This document shows, piece after piece, positions 38,889-52,299 of a stretch of 64,000 bases of DNA (position 1 is the first letter of the stretch; the number at the start of each line of letters is the position of its first letter). The stretch is taken from the NCBI GenBank assembly GCA_964521215.1, contig CAZFRD010000003.1, forward strand, positions 425 to 64,424, in the 5' to 3' direction. The position numbers were made by a program, and so were the translations under genes. The stretch comes from an uncultured Pseudomonadales bacterium (GTDB taxonomy: Bacteria; Patescibacteriota; Microgenomatia; UBA1400; PJMF01). The notes under the pieces are model-generated. The model had not been told where the DNA came from. It ran no database searches and saw nothing but the letters and a program-made list of their open reading frames with translations.

Positions 38889-39848
38889 TTAAGGACGGAT
38901 TATCACCTGGATTTGGGTGGCAGCAGTTGAGGCCGATTGCGTGCCATAAGCATCAACTACCATCAATTTGGCCAAGTAACTACATTCTGCCTGGGCACAC
39001 GGGTATTGATGAGTCGCCGCCGTATCTGTCGCCAAGCCCGTCCAACTGGTTCCGTCACCAAAATCAAGCGTCGCCGTAGACAATTTCGGCAACAGCGAAT
39101 CAATCACAAAATTAAAAATCACATCATTAATAGTATTGGCTTGGAGCACCCGCTGGTAACGATCAAAACCTGGTTCACCATTAAACGAGAGAATAATCGG
39201 CCGTGGCTGACAACTCGCATAGCAATCTTGACTACAATCAGTGCCCGGTCTCTGCTCACCCACCCCCAAGGATTGAACCGGATCACAGCAACTGAAACCG
39301 TAACCAGCGCAGTTGGTCTCGGGACTAGTAGTCGCCACCGGTTTTTCGAGTGTTGTTACCAGCACTCTATCTTCCAGCATTATCACTCGGGACCGCAACA
39401 GCAGTGGCGCCAAAACCGGCCAATGTTTAGCCACCTCTCTCACCTCGTTAGGCACTGCCTGGAGACTGATCATCCAAGCTCCTTCTTGAGCGAAAACTAA
39501 ACCAGATTGCCCTGGTTTTTTGGTGGCAAAAAGCGGTAGTTTTCGTCGTGTAATGGTTTTGGGTACAAATTCGTACTGGTTGCAAACAATTTCCAACACA
39601 TATTCGGTATCAGAAGTGAATCTGAGTTGAGGGACAAAGAGAGGAGAGTCATTGGTTTTTTGTGCCTCCAAATCCTGGCAATATTGATAATATTCACTCA
39701 GGTCCTTGGTACGCTGTAACAAGGAAACATCGCTCACAACTTGGTTATATGCACGAACCAGCACCCACTGCTGAAAGGCCAAAAAGGAGCCAGCGATAAC
39801 GACCAAGAAAATGAGGGTAAACACAACCACGTAGCGGAAAAAGCGCAT
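38889..39848 (-). CDS. membrane-anchored Cys-rich protein in pilus locus (hypothetical pilus biogenesis factor)
   Basis: N-terminal TM segment. Eight Cys clustered in the C-terminal third. Sits between pilD and the pilin genes. Confidence 0.4.
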   Translation of the reverse strand: MRFFRYVVVFTLIFLVVIAGSFLAFQQWVLVRAYNQVVSDVSLLQRTKDLSEYYQYCQDLEAQKTNDSPLFVPQLRFTSDTEYVLEIVCNQYEFVPKTITRRKLPLFATKKPGQSGLVFAQEGAWMISLQAVPNEVREVAKHWPVLAPLLLRSRVIMLEDRVLVTTLEKPVATTSPETNCAGYGFSCCDPVQSLGVGEQRPGTDCSQDCYASCQPRPIILSFNGEPGFDRYQRVLQANTINDVIFNFVIDSLLPKLSTATLDFGDGTSWTGLATDTAATHQYPCAQAECSYLAKLMVVDAYGTQSASTAATQIQVIIRP

Positions 39849-39860
39849 AGGCTCAGCTTA

Positions 39861-40685
39861 CTACACTCCCAGGAGCTGAGTCCAGTACCAAGCCCAAATT
39901 TGGTCACCCCAAAATAATGCCAAAGCACTGCCAAGCAGGAGAAATGGTCCAAAGGGAATGGGTTGTTTGAGTTTGTGTTTGCCCAACATCAAGAGAAGAC
40001 TGCCCACCAAGGCGCCAGAGCAGACCGCGATCATCAAAGCTACCAATACCTGTGGCCAACCGACTAACATGGCTAAGACTGGCGCCAGTTTCACATCGCC
40101 TAACCCCATGCCTTTTTCTTTGGTGATCCAACGCAAAAACCAAAAAAATGCTCCGACACCAATAGCGGCAACTAGCATGGCTAAGAAATCGATCTGCTGC
40201 ATAATGCCTGAGCCCACGAGGACAATGCGGTACAACAAAGTGGCCACAGCCATGATTACGACTGCCCAGTCGGGAATAATAAAATATTTCATATCTGCCA
40301 CAAAGATAACCAGACTGAGAGTGCCAATTAGTAACCAAAACAAGGGCTGGAGTAGGGTAAATGGCTGGTCGACCAGTAGGAAGAAGAAACTCCCAGCCCA
40401 ATACCACCAAACAAAGAGGGCGCCCACCATTACTTCCATCGCTACATGCGAAATCGCAATTTTTTTATGGCATTTGCGACATTTCCCCCTCAGCATCAAG
40501 TAAGAGAGTAGGGGAATGTTGTCATACCATTTGATGATGTAGGAACAGTGGTCACAACGAGAACGACCAGTTTTCCAGTCTTCTTTTTCTTCCACCGTGC
40601 GATAAACCAGCACGTGCAAAAAACTCCCAATACAGACACCAAGAGCAAAAATGATCAAGCTAACGACTATTTGAAAGATTAACAC
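39861..40685 (-). CDS. pilD: prepilin peptidase (A24 family)
   Basis: N-terminal Zn-binding CDHCSY..CRKCHKK. Multi-TM with catalytic Asp-containing loops. Confidence 0.85.
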   Translation of the reverse strand: MLIFQIVVSLIIFALGVCIGSFLHVLVYRTVEEKEDWKTGRSRCDHCSYIIKWYDNIPLLSYLMLRGKCRKCHKKIAISHVAMEVMVGALFVWWYWAGSFFFLLVDQPFTLLQPLFWLLIGTLSLVIFVADMKYFIIPDWAVVIMAVATLLYRIVLVGSGIMQQIDFLAMLVAAIGVGAFFWFLRWITKEKGMGLGDVKLAPVLAMLVGWPQVLVALMIAVCSGALVGSLLLMLGKHKLKQPIPFGPFLLLGSALALFWGDQIWAWYWTQLLGV

Positions 40686-40918
40686 CCGCTTACTCTACAG
40701 CAGAGTAGGGGAGAACACAATTGGGAGGAGAACCGTAGGAAAAGAACCTAGTGGTCGATTGAAAATGGTAATCAAGTTAGTGGGCTATGTTGAACAACGA
40801 AACTAGATGCCAGTGAATGAAAACCATCAAATAAAGACAAGCGAAAACAAGTAAAAATAACAAAAAAGCCCCGCCGTTCGCGAACGGCGGGGCCAACTTT
40901 CAAACTATCAGTCTAAGA

Positions 40919-41557
40919 TTATGGTAGACAGATCATGTCAACACCTTCTTCACCTGCGGCGTTGACTGCATCATCAGCAACACATACCCCCGCTACACCT
41001 AATAGATCATCTGGTAATGTTCCAGCACATCTCACAGTCGCCTCATTGGCAAAAGCGCTTGACTGTGGTGAAAAACAGACATAAATGTTATCACCGGTGT
41101 CACCTTCATAGTATACATACAAACCCCTTGCCTCCTGAGTGCCAGTGGATCCTCCTCCGGCTTCGTCTACCCTAGTGACATAAGAATCCTTTAATTCTTG
41201 AGTACCAACACACCCTGTGGTTGCTGTAGTTGAAAGCCGTTCAAGAATTGTACAACCAGACACAGTTTCTTCCCATCCAGAATTTACCAATTGCATAGCG
41301 AGAGTTACTCCAACCGTATCATTTGCATCCTCCTGCCATGGGAAAAATCCATTAAATGCATTATATCTTTCGAGAGCTCCAAGTAATTGCTCTGCGTCGC
41401 CACGTTTGGCCGTATCACGGCCACGATTAATTTGTTCGAGTGGGTTGATAGCCGCCAAGACCATTACAGCTAAGATACCTAAGATCGAAATGACGATCAG
41501 TAACTCGATCATTGTGAAACCTCCGCTTTTTAAGCGAGCAAGCAAGGCTTTCTTCAT
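40919..41557 (-). CDS. type IV pilin (candidate major pilin)
   Basis: ..KSGG|FTMIELLIVISILGILA. Strong Shine-Dalgarno aaaAGGAGaa and a TTGACA-16-TATACA promoter upstream. Confidence 0.75.
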   Translation of the reverse strand: MKKALLARLKSGGFTMIELLIVISILGILAVMVLAAINPLEQINRGRDTAKRGDAEQLLGALERYNAFNGFFPWQEDANDTVGVTLAMQLVNSGWEETVSGCTILERLSTTATTGCVGTQELKDSYVTRVDEAGGGSTGTQEARGLYVYYEGDTGDNIYVCFSPQSSAFANEATVRCAGTLPDDLLGVAGVCVADDAVNAAGEEGVDMICLP

Positions 41558-41614
41558 ATATATTCTCCTTTTATACTACTAATGCTGTTAACTTTCTCTT
41601 GTACTACATTTAAC

Positions 41615-41642
41615 TGTATACCAACCTGAAGAGGCTTGTCAA
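41615..41642 (-). promoter_or_regulatory. sigma70-like promoter for pilin gene (TTGACA-16-TATACA on minus strand)
   Basis: Reverse complement of 41637-41642 is TTGACA and of 41615-41620 is TATACA. Confidence 0.4.
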
Positions 41643-41645
41643 CAA

Positions 41646-42848
41646 TTAAAAGGCACTGGTCAAGCTGTAGATCGGCATCACGATGGCAATCACCATGCCA
41701 CCCACCGCCACCGCCAAGATTACCATGATAATCGGCTCAATTGCTGTTGTCATATTCTTGACCGCTTGTTCAGTTTCCTGTTCAAAATAACTCGATAGTT
41801 TAGCCAACACTTCATCCAATTTACCTGTTTCTTCACCCACCGCTACCATCTGCGACAAAATCAGTGGGATCATCTCCTGACGACCAAGAGACTCGGAAAG
41901 CAAACCGCCTTTTTCTACCTGGTCACGTGCTTCCGTAAATGCCTCACGGAAAATTACATTCTCCACACCTTCTATCACCACATCCAGAGATTGGAGTAGG
42001 GTGACACCCGAACCCAGCAACAACGACAACGTCCGCACAAAATCGGTAATCATAATCTTCTGAATCATATTGCCGAAAATTGGTAATTTGAGTAGTAATC
42101 CCGCAATTACCCGCTGACCAGACTCAGTTTTGTACCAACGGTTAAAAAAGTAAATCCCACCGCCGATTCCAGCCAAGATTAGGTACCAACGAGTGGCAAA
42201 AATGTTAGAAACCCCGATCAAAACTCTGGTCGGCAACGGTAACGTTACACCAAAATCACTATACATCGCTGTCAACTTGGGCAAAACAAAAGTCATCATA
42301 ATAAAACCAACCACCAACATCGCAATAATCACAATCACTGGGTAAATCATTGCGCCCTTGGTTTTAGCCCGAAATTCTTTCGATACTTCCAAGTTATGCG
42401 CCAAGCGCGTCAAAATATCATCCAAAATTCCTCCCACCTCACCCGCTTTCACCAGCTGAACGTACAAACGGGAAAAAACTTTCGGGTGGGAACTCAGCGC
42501 TTTGGAAAACGAGGCACCTCCCTCCACCTCATGTAAAAGGTTGGCGACCAACTGAGAAAAACCAGGCGATGACTGCTGGACTAACACACCTAATGCCTTA
42601 GAAATTGACAAGCCGGCGCTGATCATGGTGGAAAGTTGGCGGGTAAAATTTACCACATCATTTTGGCTCACACCGAAAAAACCTTGCAACAGCGTACTGA
42701 GTCCGACCATGCCCACTGGCTTGAGGTTAATCACCAATAAACCCCGCTCATCCAGAAGCATAGCAGCATCTTCGAGTGTCGACGCCTCCGCCTTGCCCTT
42801 GACGATTTCTCCCAGTTTATTTTTGGCAGAGTAAGTAAAAAATGGCAT
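41646..42848 (-). CDS. pilC: type IV pilus platform protein PilC (GspF family)
   Basis: 400 aa with two GspF repeats and 3 TM segments. Confidence 0.85.
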   Translation of the reverse strand: MPFFTYSAKNKLGEIVKGKAEASTLEDAAMLLDERGLLVINLKPVGMVGLSTLLQGFFGVSQNDVVNFTRQLSTMISAGLSISKALGVLVQQSSPGFSQLVANLLHEVEGGASFSKALSSHPKVFSRLYVQLVKAGEVGGILDDILTRLAHNLEVSKEFRAKTKGAMIYPVIVIIAMLVVGFIMMTFVLPKLTAMYSDFGVTLPLPTRVLIGVSNIFATRWYLILAGIGGGIYFFNRWYKTESGQRVIAGLLLKLPIFGNMIQKIMITDFVRTLSLLLGSGVTLLQSLDVVIEGVENVIFREAFTEARDQVEKGGLLSESLGRQEMIPLILSQMVAVGEETGKLDEVLAKLSSYFEQETEQAVKNMTTAIEPIIMVILAVAVGGMVIAIVMPIYSLTSAF

Positions 42849-42853
42849 AATGA

Positions 42854-43921
42854 TTACTCCTTAGCTAAAAGACGTTCGATTTCGTCTGGTCTAAAGGCTC
42901 GGTTACGAGCTGTTTCGGCAGTGATTTTTCCTTGCTGAACTAGCATAAACAAATGTTTTTCGAACAAAAACATCCCTTGCTCCGATGAAGTCTGAATAAT
43001 TGACTCGATTTGGAATGCCTTACTCTCACGAATGAGGTTGCGCACTGCAGCATTGGCAATCATCACTTCCAAAGCTGCCACTCGGCCTCCGCCTTTCTTG
43101 GGCAACAGACGCTGAGAGACCACCGCCTTAATCACGCCAGCTAACTGTTGGCGAATTTGTGGTTGCTGAGCAGCAGGAAAAACATCGATGATTCTATCCA
43201 TCGACTCACTCGCCGTATTGGTATGTAAAGTCGCAAAGACCAAGTGACCAGTTTCGGCAATAGTAATGGCAGAAGCAATAGTCTCGTGATCACGCATTTC
43301 GCCAATCAAAACCACATCGGGATCCTCACGGAGAGCAGAGCGCAGGGCAATATCCCACCCATGGGTATCTTGATTGACTTCTCTTTGAGAAATGATGCTT
43401 TTATCTGGTTGGTAAATGAATTCGATCGGATCTTCAATTGTTAAAATATGTTCGGCGCGTTTGTGATTAATTTCATCGATCAAGGCCGCCAAAGTCGTTG
43501 ATTTGCCTTCACCCGTTGGTCCTGTGAGCAACACTAAACCTTGAGGATACAAAGTAAAATCATGCAAGATTGGCAACAGGTCTAGTTCTTCTACCGTTTT
43601 AATTTTCTCGGGAATCAACCGACCAGCCATGGCCAGATTACCAGATGAGTGGTAGACATTAATTCTGAAGCGAGCTCTTTCTTGGTACTGGTAACCAAAA
43701 TCTAGTTCTTTATTTACCTTCACGTAATCCTGTTGTTCTTGGGTTAAAATGGAAAAAATAAATTCTTTATTTTGGGCTGGTGTAATGGGGGGCATCTCAA
43801 CCCGGCGCAGTTCACCATCCACTCTCAGAATAGCTGGATTACCACAAATCAAGTGAATATCCGATCCTTGCAGATCAACCACCTTTTGCAATAAATTTTG
43901 AATGGTCACGGCGGTGCTCAT
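42854..43921 (-). CDS. pilT: twitching motility / pilus retraction ATPase PilT
   Basis: Walker A GPTGEGKST plus Asp and His boxes. 355 aa. Confidence 0.85.
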   Translation of the reverse strand: MSTAVTIQNLLQKVVDLQGSDIHLICGNPAILRVDGELRRVEMPPITPAQNKEFIFSILTQEQQDYVKVNKELDFGYQYQERARFRINVYHSSGNLAMAGRLIPEKIKTVEELDLLPILHDFTLYPQGLVLLTGPTGEGKSTTLAALIDEINHKRAEHILTIEDPIEFIYQPDKSIISQREVNQDTHGWDIALRSALREDPDVVLIGEMRDHETIASAITIAETGHLVFATLHTNTASESMDRIIDVFPAAQQPQIRQQLAGVIKAVVSQRLLPKKGGGRVAALEVMIANAAVRNLIRESKAFQIESIIQTSSEQGMFLFEKHLFMLVQQGKITAETARNRAFRPDEIERLLAKE

Positions 43922-43939
43922 AGTGCTCTCCTTAAGATT

Positions 43940-46219
43940 TTAAATTTCAGCTACACGCAAGACTTCTTCGATCGTGGTTACTCCATCGAGCACCTTGAGA
44001 TATCCATCTTGCTTCATATACAGCATACCATCTTTGAGACTAACTTTCTCCATATCACTAGCGGCTTTGCGCGCCATAATTAATTTGGAAATTTCTTCCG
44101 AAATTTTCATTACCTCGAAAATTGCGACTCTACCCTTATAATCGGGCTCCGATTCCGGACGCTCTTTTTTGGCGCGCATTAGGACAATATCTTTCTCTGT
44201 TTTCTGGTTTTGCTGTAACCAACGTGTAAAGTTATCACCCAATACTGTTTTAATATTGTCAATCACTGCCGGATCCGGCCGATAGGCTTCTTTGTAATCT
44301 GGATTAATAATACGCACAATCCGCTGGGCCAACACGCAGGTCATTGAGGATGATAATAAAAATGGTTCGGCGCCCATATCCATCAAACGAGGGAGGGCGC
44401 CGGCAGCGGACGAAGTATGCAGAGTAGCAAACACTAAGTGACCAGTCAAAGAAGCCTGCACCGCCAAACCTGCGGTTTCGCTATCCCGAATTTCTCCCAC
44501 CATAATAATGTTGGGATCCTGACGAAGAAATGATCTCAGTCCAGAGGCAAAAGTCAAACCTGCTTGGGGATTAATTTGCACCTGGTTCACACCAGGCATC
44601 TGATATTCAACCGGATCTTCCAAAGTCATAATGTTCACTCTGGGAGTGTTAATCGTGTGCAAAACAGAATATAGAGTGGTGGTTTTGCCTGAGCCCGTCG
44701 GACCGGTGACCAAGATAATGCCGTGAGGCACCTTGATGGCGTCCTGTACATTGCGCAAAGCCAACCCAGATAATCCAATTTCTTCCAGAGTGGGCACATT
44801 GGCATTTTTATTGAGTAAACGCATCACCACCTTTTCTCCATGAATGGTGGGCAAAGTAGAAATACGCAAATCGACTTGCTGATTATTCTCACTGAAATCG
44901 AAACGGCCATCTTGGGGTAACCGGCGCTCATCAATCTTTAATCCAGATAGAATTTTGATTCTTGATACCACCGCTTGGTGGACTGATTTGGGCAAAATTA
45001 ATTTCTCCTGCAAAATGCCATCAATCCGGTAACGGACGCGCGTCCGATTCTCCTGCGGTTCAATATGAATATCGGACGCGCGGGCTTTGAGCGAAAAAGA
45101 CAAAATGGTCTGCACTATTTTGGTAATTGGGGCTTGCCTAATCATGCCACCAGATAAATCACCAAAATCTTGTTGCAGCTGTTTCTGCTGTTGGACTTGC
45201 TTGGTTTGTTCCAACGCTTGAGTCACCTCGGTAGAAAGACTTTGTGAGTATTGTTCTGCGATCAGCCTTTCAATCTCTGAAGAGGAGGCAAAGTGAGCAA
45301 TAACCTTCAAGCCGGTCTTATGTTGTAAAAAATCGATCGCTTGCACATCAAGCGGGTTGCGCATGGCTACAGACAGCGTGTTTTTGTCCTTATTCAAAGT
45401 GAACGGCAACATCCAATAGTTGCGAGCCACTGCCTCTGGAACTTGGGCCAAAGCCTCTGGGTAAACTCCAACTTCGTTCAAATCTACATAAGGTATGTTG
45501 TAGAACTCGGAACGGGCCTTGACCAAATCTTCTTCGCTCACTAATTTATTTTTTTCAATTAGATGTTCAATGTTCAAGCCAGACTGGATATTTTGGGTCA
45601 AAATTTCGTTGGCCTGCTCCGTGCTCAACAACTTGTTTTTCACCAAAACATCGAGTAGTGAGAGTGGAGCAGTCACTTTTGGTTTGGTGGCCGTAGTAGT
45701 AGTTGGCTCCGGTGGTGATGTTGGTTCTGGAACTTGGGCTAGCGGTTCTGGAGCTGGGGCTGGCGTTGGTACCACTGGTTCTGAGGTTGGAGACGATTGG
45801 TCCACGCTATCAGCCAAAGTGGGCAGAGGCACCACGGGTACTTCGCTGGGTAAAATTGACGGAGTAATTGCAGCTTGAGTTGCGGTAATTTCTTCTTCGG
45901 TTGGCGCTTCACCAATAAATTGGATCGGAATTTCTTCTGCATCCGCAGTAATTTGAGTTTCTGGTTGGTTCTGAGTAGTGGCAGAACCTGAATTAATCAC
46001 GGTAGGCTCCTGAGAAGGAATTTGAATTTGACTTAATTCGTCTACCGATTTTGGTCGACTATCACTGACTGAGGCCACAGGTGTTTGTTGCGTGACTGGT
46101 ACACTTACATGGTCGCTAGCTTGATTGGTAACTTGTGGCACCTGACCAGCATTAACTTGAGTCAACATTAATCCTGGAGGAATGATTGAGGATCGATAAG
46201 CATTGGCAGGCTCTGTCAT
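43940..46219 (-). CDS. pilB: type IV pilus assembly ATPase PilB (GspE family) with ~190-aa low-complexity N-terminal extension
   Basis: Walker A GPTGSGKTT and the GspE core. The N-terminal region is rich in P/T/S/Q (PAPAPEPLAQVPEPTSPPEPTTTT). Confidence 0.85.
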   Translation of the reverse strand: MTEPANAYRSSIIPPGLMLTQVNAGQVPQVTNQASDHVSVPVTQQTPVASVSDSRPKSVDELSQIQIPSQEPTVINSGSATTQNQPETQITADAEEIPIQFIGEAPTEEEITATQAAITPSILPSEVPVVPLPTLADSVDQSSPTSEPVVPTPAPAPEPLAQVPEPTSPPEPTTTTATKPKVTAPLSLLDVLVKNKLLSTEQANEILTQNIQSGLNIEHLIEKNKLVSEEDLVKARSEFYNIPYVDLNEVGVYPEALAQVPEAVARNYWMLPFTLNKDKNTLSVAMRNPLDVQAIDFLQHKTGLKVIAHFASSSEIERLIAEQYSQSLSTEVTQALEQTKQVQQQKQLQQDFGDLSGGMIRQAPITKIVQTILSFSLKARASDIHIEPQENRTRVRYRIDGILQEKLILPKSVHQAVVSRIKILSGLKIDERRLPQDGRFDFSENNQQVDLRISTLPTIHGEKVVMRLLNKNANVPTLEEIGLSGLALRNVQDAIKVPHGIILVTGPTGSGKTTTLYSVLHTINTPRVNIMTLEDPVEYQMPGVNQVQINPQAGLTFASGLRSFLRQDPNIIMVGEIRDSETAGLAVQASLTGHLVFATLHTSSAAGALPRLMDMGAEPFLLSSSMTCVLAQRIVRIINPDYKEAYRPDPAVIDNIKTVLGDNFTRWLQQNQKTEKDIVLMRAKKERPESEPDYKGRVAIFEVMKISEEISKLIMARKAASDMEKVSLKDGMLYMKQDGYLKVLDGVTTIEEVLRVAEI

Positions 46220-46270
46220 AACGCCTTTCTACTATACTGGAAACCAACAGCGAGATACAATCCCAAAACC

Positions 46271-46984
46271 ATGATCGAAGTCTCCGCTTTGAACTACTTC
46301 TCAGCTTATCAACAACCACTACTGATGATCCTACCGGGTGAGGCAGACCAACAAAAAACTCTCGTGCAACTGATCGCCACCTGTTCTCCTTACAAAAACC
46401 CCTTGGCTCATCAATCAGTCTACTGGGTCAATTCGAATATGGAATCGCTGGGTATCGATACCGCCCGCCAAATCTCCACGGAAATCACATTTTCTCCACT
46501 TGACGAACAGGTGCGTATTTTTGTGTTACTAGGTTTCGAACAAGCGACCACCGAAGCTCAAAATGCCTTACTCAAGTTACTCGAAAGCTCAGCCAACCAA
46601 ACCCAATTTTGGCTTGTCACTCAAAATCTGAACAAGGTGTTACCCACTATTCAATCTAGGTGCGAGTTAATCACGGTGCCTCAGACTCAAGTGATTTTCA
46701 AAGATGCGAGCGAGGTCCAACCAGCGCAAATATTCCTCCACTTGCGCCAGGCCACTATCCCCGAATGTATTGAGTTAGCGGGAAAATATTCAGATAGAAC
46801 TACCGCCCTCAATTTGGTGACATCTTTGCTGAATTGGCTCACCCAGCAAACCGAATTCATTCCCACCGCCTCGCAATTACAAGCCCTGCAGACAGCATTT
46901 GTCCGATTAGAACAAAACACCAACGTAAAACTAGCCCTTGAAAGTGCCTTTTTTGGGCTTTCTGGTGCCAAAGACCATTTTTAA
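46271..46984 (+). CDS. holB: DNA polymerase III delta-prime-like subunit
   Basis: NALLKLLE and IQSRC motifs, no intact Walker A. 237 aa. Confidence 0.65.
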   Translation: MIEVSALNYFSAYQQPLLMILPGEADQQKTLVQLIATCSPYKNPLAHQSVYWVNSNMESLGIDTARQISTEITFSPLDEQVRIFVLLGFEQATTEAQNALLKLLESSANQTQFWLVTQNLNKVLPTIQSRCELITVPQTQVIFKDASEVQPAQIFLHLRQATIPECIELAGKYSDRTTALNLVTSLLNWLTQQTEFIPTASQLQALQTAFVRLEQNTNVKLALESAFFGLSGAKDHF

Positions 46985-47006
46985 ATTGGTGTAGAATGTG
47001 TTATAA

Positions 47007-49052
<2,046 letters not shown>

Positions 49053-49063
49053 AGGAAAAAACT

Positions 49064-49540
49064 ATGTCTGATATTTTAGTCAAAATTGAAATTCCAGAGG
49101 GCTCACGAGTAAAGTACGAATTAGATGAGGAAACAGGCGAAATGATGGTGGACCGGATTGTCCCCACTGCGATGGATTACCCAGTCAATTATGGATTAAT
49201 AGAAGGCACCAAGGGCGAAGACGGCGATGCTTTGGATGCCCTGGTTTTCCTCAGCGCGGCGGTTATACCTGGAGCAGTGGTGAAATGCAAAGTGATCGGT
49301 ATGCTGGAAATGGAAGATGAAGCGGGAATTGACCATAAAATCGTTTGTGTGCCCGCTCAGGTGAAAATCGATCCCATTTGTGGTGCCTGGGAAAGTCTAG
49401 CCGACGTTCCAGAAATGAAAAAACGTCAGATCAAACATTTTTTTGAACACTACAAAGATTTAGAAGAAGGTAAGTGGGTTAAGCTCAAAGATTGGGCAGA
49501 TGCCACAACCGCATTAGCAGTACTAGAGAAATCTAAATGA
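49064..49540 (+). CDS. ppa: inorganic pyrophosphatase
   Basis: [27 protein letters not shown] family I PPase motifs. Overlaps the gyrA start by 4 nt. Confidence 0.9.
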   Translation: MSDILVKIEIPEGSRVKYELDEETGEMMVDRIVPTAMDYPVNYGLIEGTKGEDGDALDALVFLSAAVIPGAVVKCKVIGMLEMEDEAGIDHKIVCVPAQVKIDPICGAWESLADVPEMKKRQIKHFFEHYKDLEEGKWVKLKDWADATTALAVLEKSK

Positions 49541-52299
49541 ACGATCAAGATCCCAACATCGAGCAAGTAGACCAAACTGAGCAAGCTAAATCGTCCGACC
49601 AAGCTACCGAACTAACCTCAACGTCCGCCGGTGGCGCCGGTGAGTTTGAGCAGCTGACTGGAACTATTCAAGATAGTCGTTTTGGCAAACTTAAATATAT
49701 CGCCATTGCAGATGAAATGAAGCAGAGCTACTTGGACTACGCCATGAGCGTGATCGTGGCGCGCGCGCTTCCAGATGTGCGTGATGGGCTCAAACCAGTT
49801 CACCGCCGGATTTTGTACTCCATGTACAAATCCGGCATTCATCACTCAAGTTCATACAAAAAAAGCGCGCGCATTGTGGGAGACGTCTTGGGTAAATACC
49901 ATCCTCATGGCGATTCCTCAGTCTATATGGCATTAGTTAGATTGGCTCAAGACTTCAGCATGCGTTATATGTTAGTAGATGGCCAAGGTAACTTTGGCTC
50001 GGTGGATGGTGATAGTCCAGCCGCCATGCGGTACACCGAAGCGCGACTAGCTAAGATTAGTTCGGAAATTTTGGTTGATATCGATAAAAAAACGGTGCCT
50101 TTTACTGACAACTTTGATGGTTCACTCCAAGAACCTTTAGTCTTACCGGCAAAGTTACCCAATCTTTTGCTCATGGGTTCTGAAGGTATTGCGGTGGGTA
50201 TGGCTACCAAAATTCCCCCTCATAATCTGAGTGAAGTTTGCGATGCGATTATCGCTGTCATAGATCAAGGCAAAGCCGAACTAGCCGAGCCTGAGACTGG
50301 CACCACGGTTAAACCAATTATTACTCAAGTGCCTAAAGATATTGCCGAAAAACACACTCTAATCGACAACACTTTGGCTATGAATGCTTCAACCCTGGCA
50401 GGGGTTTTTCGCTCCGAAGCCACTGTAGACGACATCATGAACCACATCAAGGGTCCAGATTTTCCCACCGGGGGCATTATGTATGACTTTGCCGCAATTA
50501 AAGAAGGCTACCGGACGGGCAAGGGGAGAGTAGTGGTGCGGGCCAAAGCAACGATAGAAGAAAACAACAAGGGTTTCCAAATAATCATTACTGAGTTGCC
50601 TTACCAAGTGAACAAAGCCCGACTCTTGATGAAAATTGCGGACCTAGTCAGAGATAAGAAAATCCTCGGTATTCGTGATCTCAACGATGACTCGGATAGA
50701 GTCGGTATGCAAATTACCATCGATCTCAAGCGGGATGCGCGACCCAAAGTGGTGCTTAATAAATTATTTAAATATTCCGAACTCCAATCAAGTTTCCCCA
50801 TGAACATGGTGGCGCTCAATTCCGAAGGCATTCCTCAATTGATGAATATTAAGCAAATGATTACCGAGTTTATTGCCCACCGGCAATTAGTGGTCACCAA
50901 AAGATGTCAATTTGAACTAGCCGAGGCCAGAGATCGAGCTCATATTTTGGAAGGTTTATTAATTGCCCTGCAAAACTTAGATGAGGTGATCGACACGATC
51001 AGAAAATCAGCAGATTCTGATGCTGCCAAACTAGCATTAATGTCCAAGTTTGGTTTGAGCGAAATTCAAGCTCAGGCTATCCTAGAAATGCAACTCAAGC
51101 GTTTGGCAGCCCTTGAGCGGCAAAAAATTGAAGACGAATACCAACAACTTCAGGCCGTGATTGACCGCTTACTACTGTTATTACAAAACCCAATTGAAAT
51201 TCTCAGCGTTGTCAAACAAGAAACTCACGATTTGAAAGCTCAATATGGTGACGAAAGGAAAACTCAACTTATCAAAGGAAAGATCGGTGAATTTAGCGAA
51301 GAAGATTTAGTCCCCAACGAACCAACAGTTATCACGCTTACAGAAAGTGGCTACATCAAACGTCTTGAGCCAAGTGCTTTTCGCTCACAATCCAGAGGAG
51401 GGAAGGGGAGTGTGGGACTGAAAATGCGTGATGAAGATATCGTCAAAACTCTCTTGGTGGCCAAAACCCACGACACCTTGCTCATGTTTACCAACCAGGG
51501 AAAAGTCTTCAAGATGCGAGCATTTGATATTCCTCAAGCTAATCGTCAAGCAAAAGGTACGGCGATTGTCAATCTATTAAGTCTACAACCAGACGAAACA
51601 GTTCAATCATTATTAATTATTGATGAAGTTGCAGACCAAGATAAGTTTATAACGCTAACAACGAGAAAAGGTCTCGTCAAAAAAAGTGCGGTTGCCCTCT
51701 ACCAAAATATCAGACAAACAGGCATTATTGCTATCATTCTTAATGACGACGATAGGTTGGTCCGCAGTGCCTTGACAAGTGGTAATGACGATATATTAAT
51801 GGTGTCTCACCAAGGAAAAGTCATTCGCTTTAGCGAAGAGGAAGTTAAAACCTCTAATCGTGACACCAAGGGTGTCAAAGGTATTACTCTCAGATCAGAT
51901 GATTATGTGGTGGGGGTAGAAACTGTCTCGCCAGAGATGTCTAAATTGGCTGGTAGCTCAGATGAGCCTGCTTTACTAGTTATCACCGAACGAGGCCTCG
52001 GCAAACGGACGGTACTCAGTCAGTACCCTAGTCAGAAACGCACTGGTATGGGCGTCAAAGTCTCTGATATTACTACCAAGACTGGTCCCGTTGCCTCAGC
52101 CAGACTAGTTGAAACCGATCATAAAGATGTGGTAATTACTACTAGGGACGGTATCACCATTAAATTACCACTAAGTAAAAAATCAATTCCAATTTTAACT
52201 CGACCAACTCAAGGAGTAATTTTGATGCGGCTCAAGGATGATGATTTTGTGGCAGCAGTGGCGCTGACTTTTAAGCAAATGGACGATGAAGACGAATAA
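49537..52299 (+). CDS. gyrA: DNA gyrase subunit A
   Basis: Active-site region AARYTEARL and a C-terminal beta-pinwheel. 920 aa. Confidence 0.95.
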   Translation: MNDQDPNIEQVDQTEQAKSSDQATELTSTSAGGAGEFEQLTGTIQDSRFGKLKYIAIADEMKQSYLDYAMSVIVARALPDVRDGLKPVHRRILYSMYKSGIHHSSSYKKSARIVGDVLGKYHPHGDSSVYMALVRLAQDFSMRYMLVDGQGNFGSVDGDSPAAMRYTEARLAKISSEILVDIDKKTVPFTDNFDGSLQEPLVLPAKLPNLLLMGSEGIAVGMATKIPPHNLSEVCDAIIAVIDQGKAELAEPETGTTVKPIITQVPKDIAEKHTLIDNTLAMNASTLAGVFRSEATVDDIMNHIKGPDFPTGGIMYDFAAIKEGYRTGKGRVVVRAKATIEENNKGFQIIITELPYQVNKARLLMKIADLVRDKKILGIRDLNDDSDRVGMQITIDLKRDARPKVVLNKLFKYSELQSSFPMNMVALNSEGIPQLMNIKQMITEFIAHRQLVVTKRCQFELAEARDRAHILEGLLIALQNLDEVIDTIRKSADSDAAKLALMSKFGLSEIQAQAILEMQLKRLAALERQKIEDEYQQLQAVIDRLLLLLQNPIEILSVVKQETHDLKAQYGDERKTQLIKGKIGEFSEEDLVPNEPTVITLTESGYIKRLEPSAFRSQSRGGKGSVGLKMRDEDIVKTLLVAKTHDTLLMFTNQGKVFKMRAFDIPQANRQAKGTAIVNLLSLQPDETVQSLLIIDEVADQDKFITLTTRKGLVKKSAVALYQNIRQTGIIAIILNDDDRLVRSALTSGNDDILMVSHQGKVIRFSEEEVKTSNRDTKGVKGITLRSDDYVVGVETVSPEMSKLAGSSDEPALLVITERGLGKRTVLSQYPSQKRTGMGVKVSDITTKTGPVASARLVETDHKDVVITTRDGITIKLPLSKKSIPILTRPTQGVILMRLKDDDFVAAVALTFKQMDDEDE

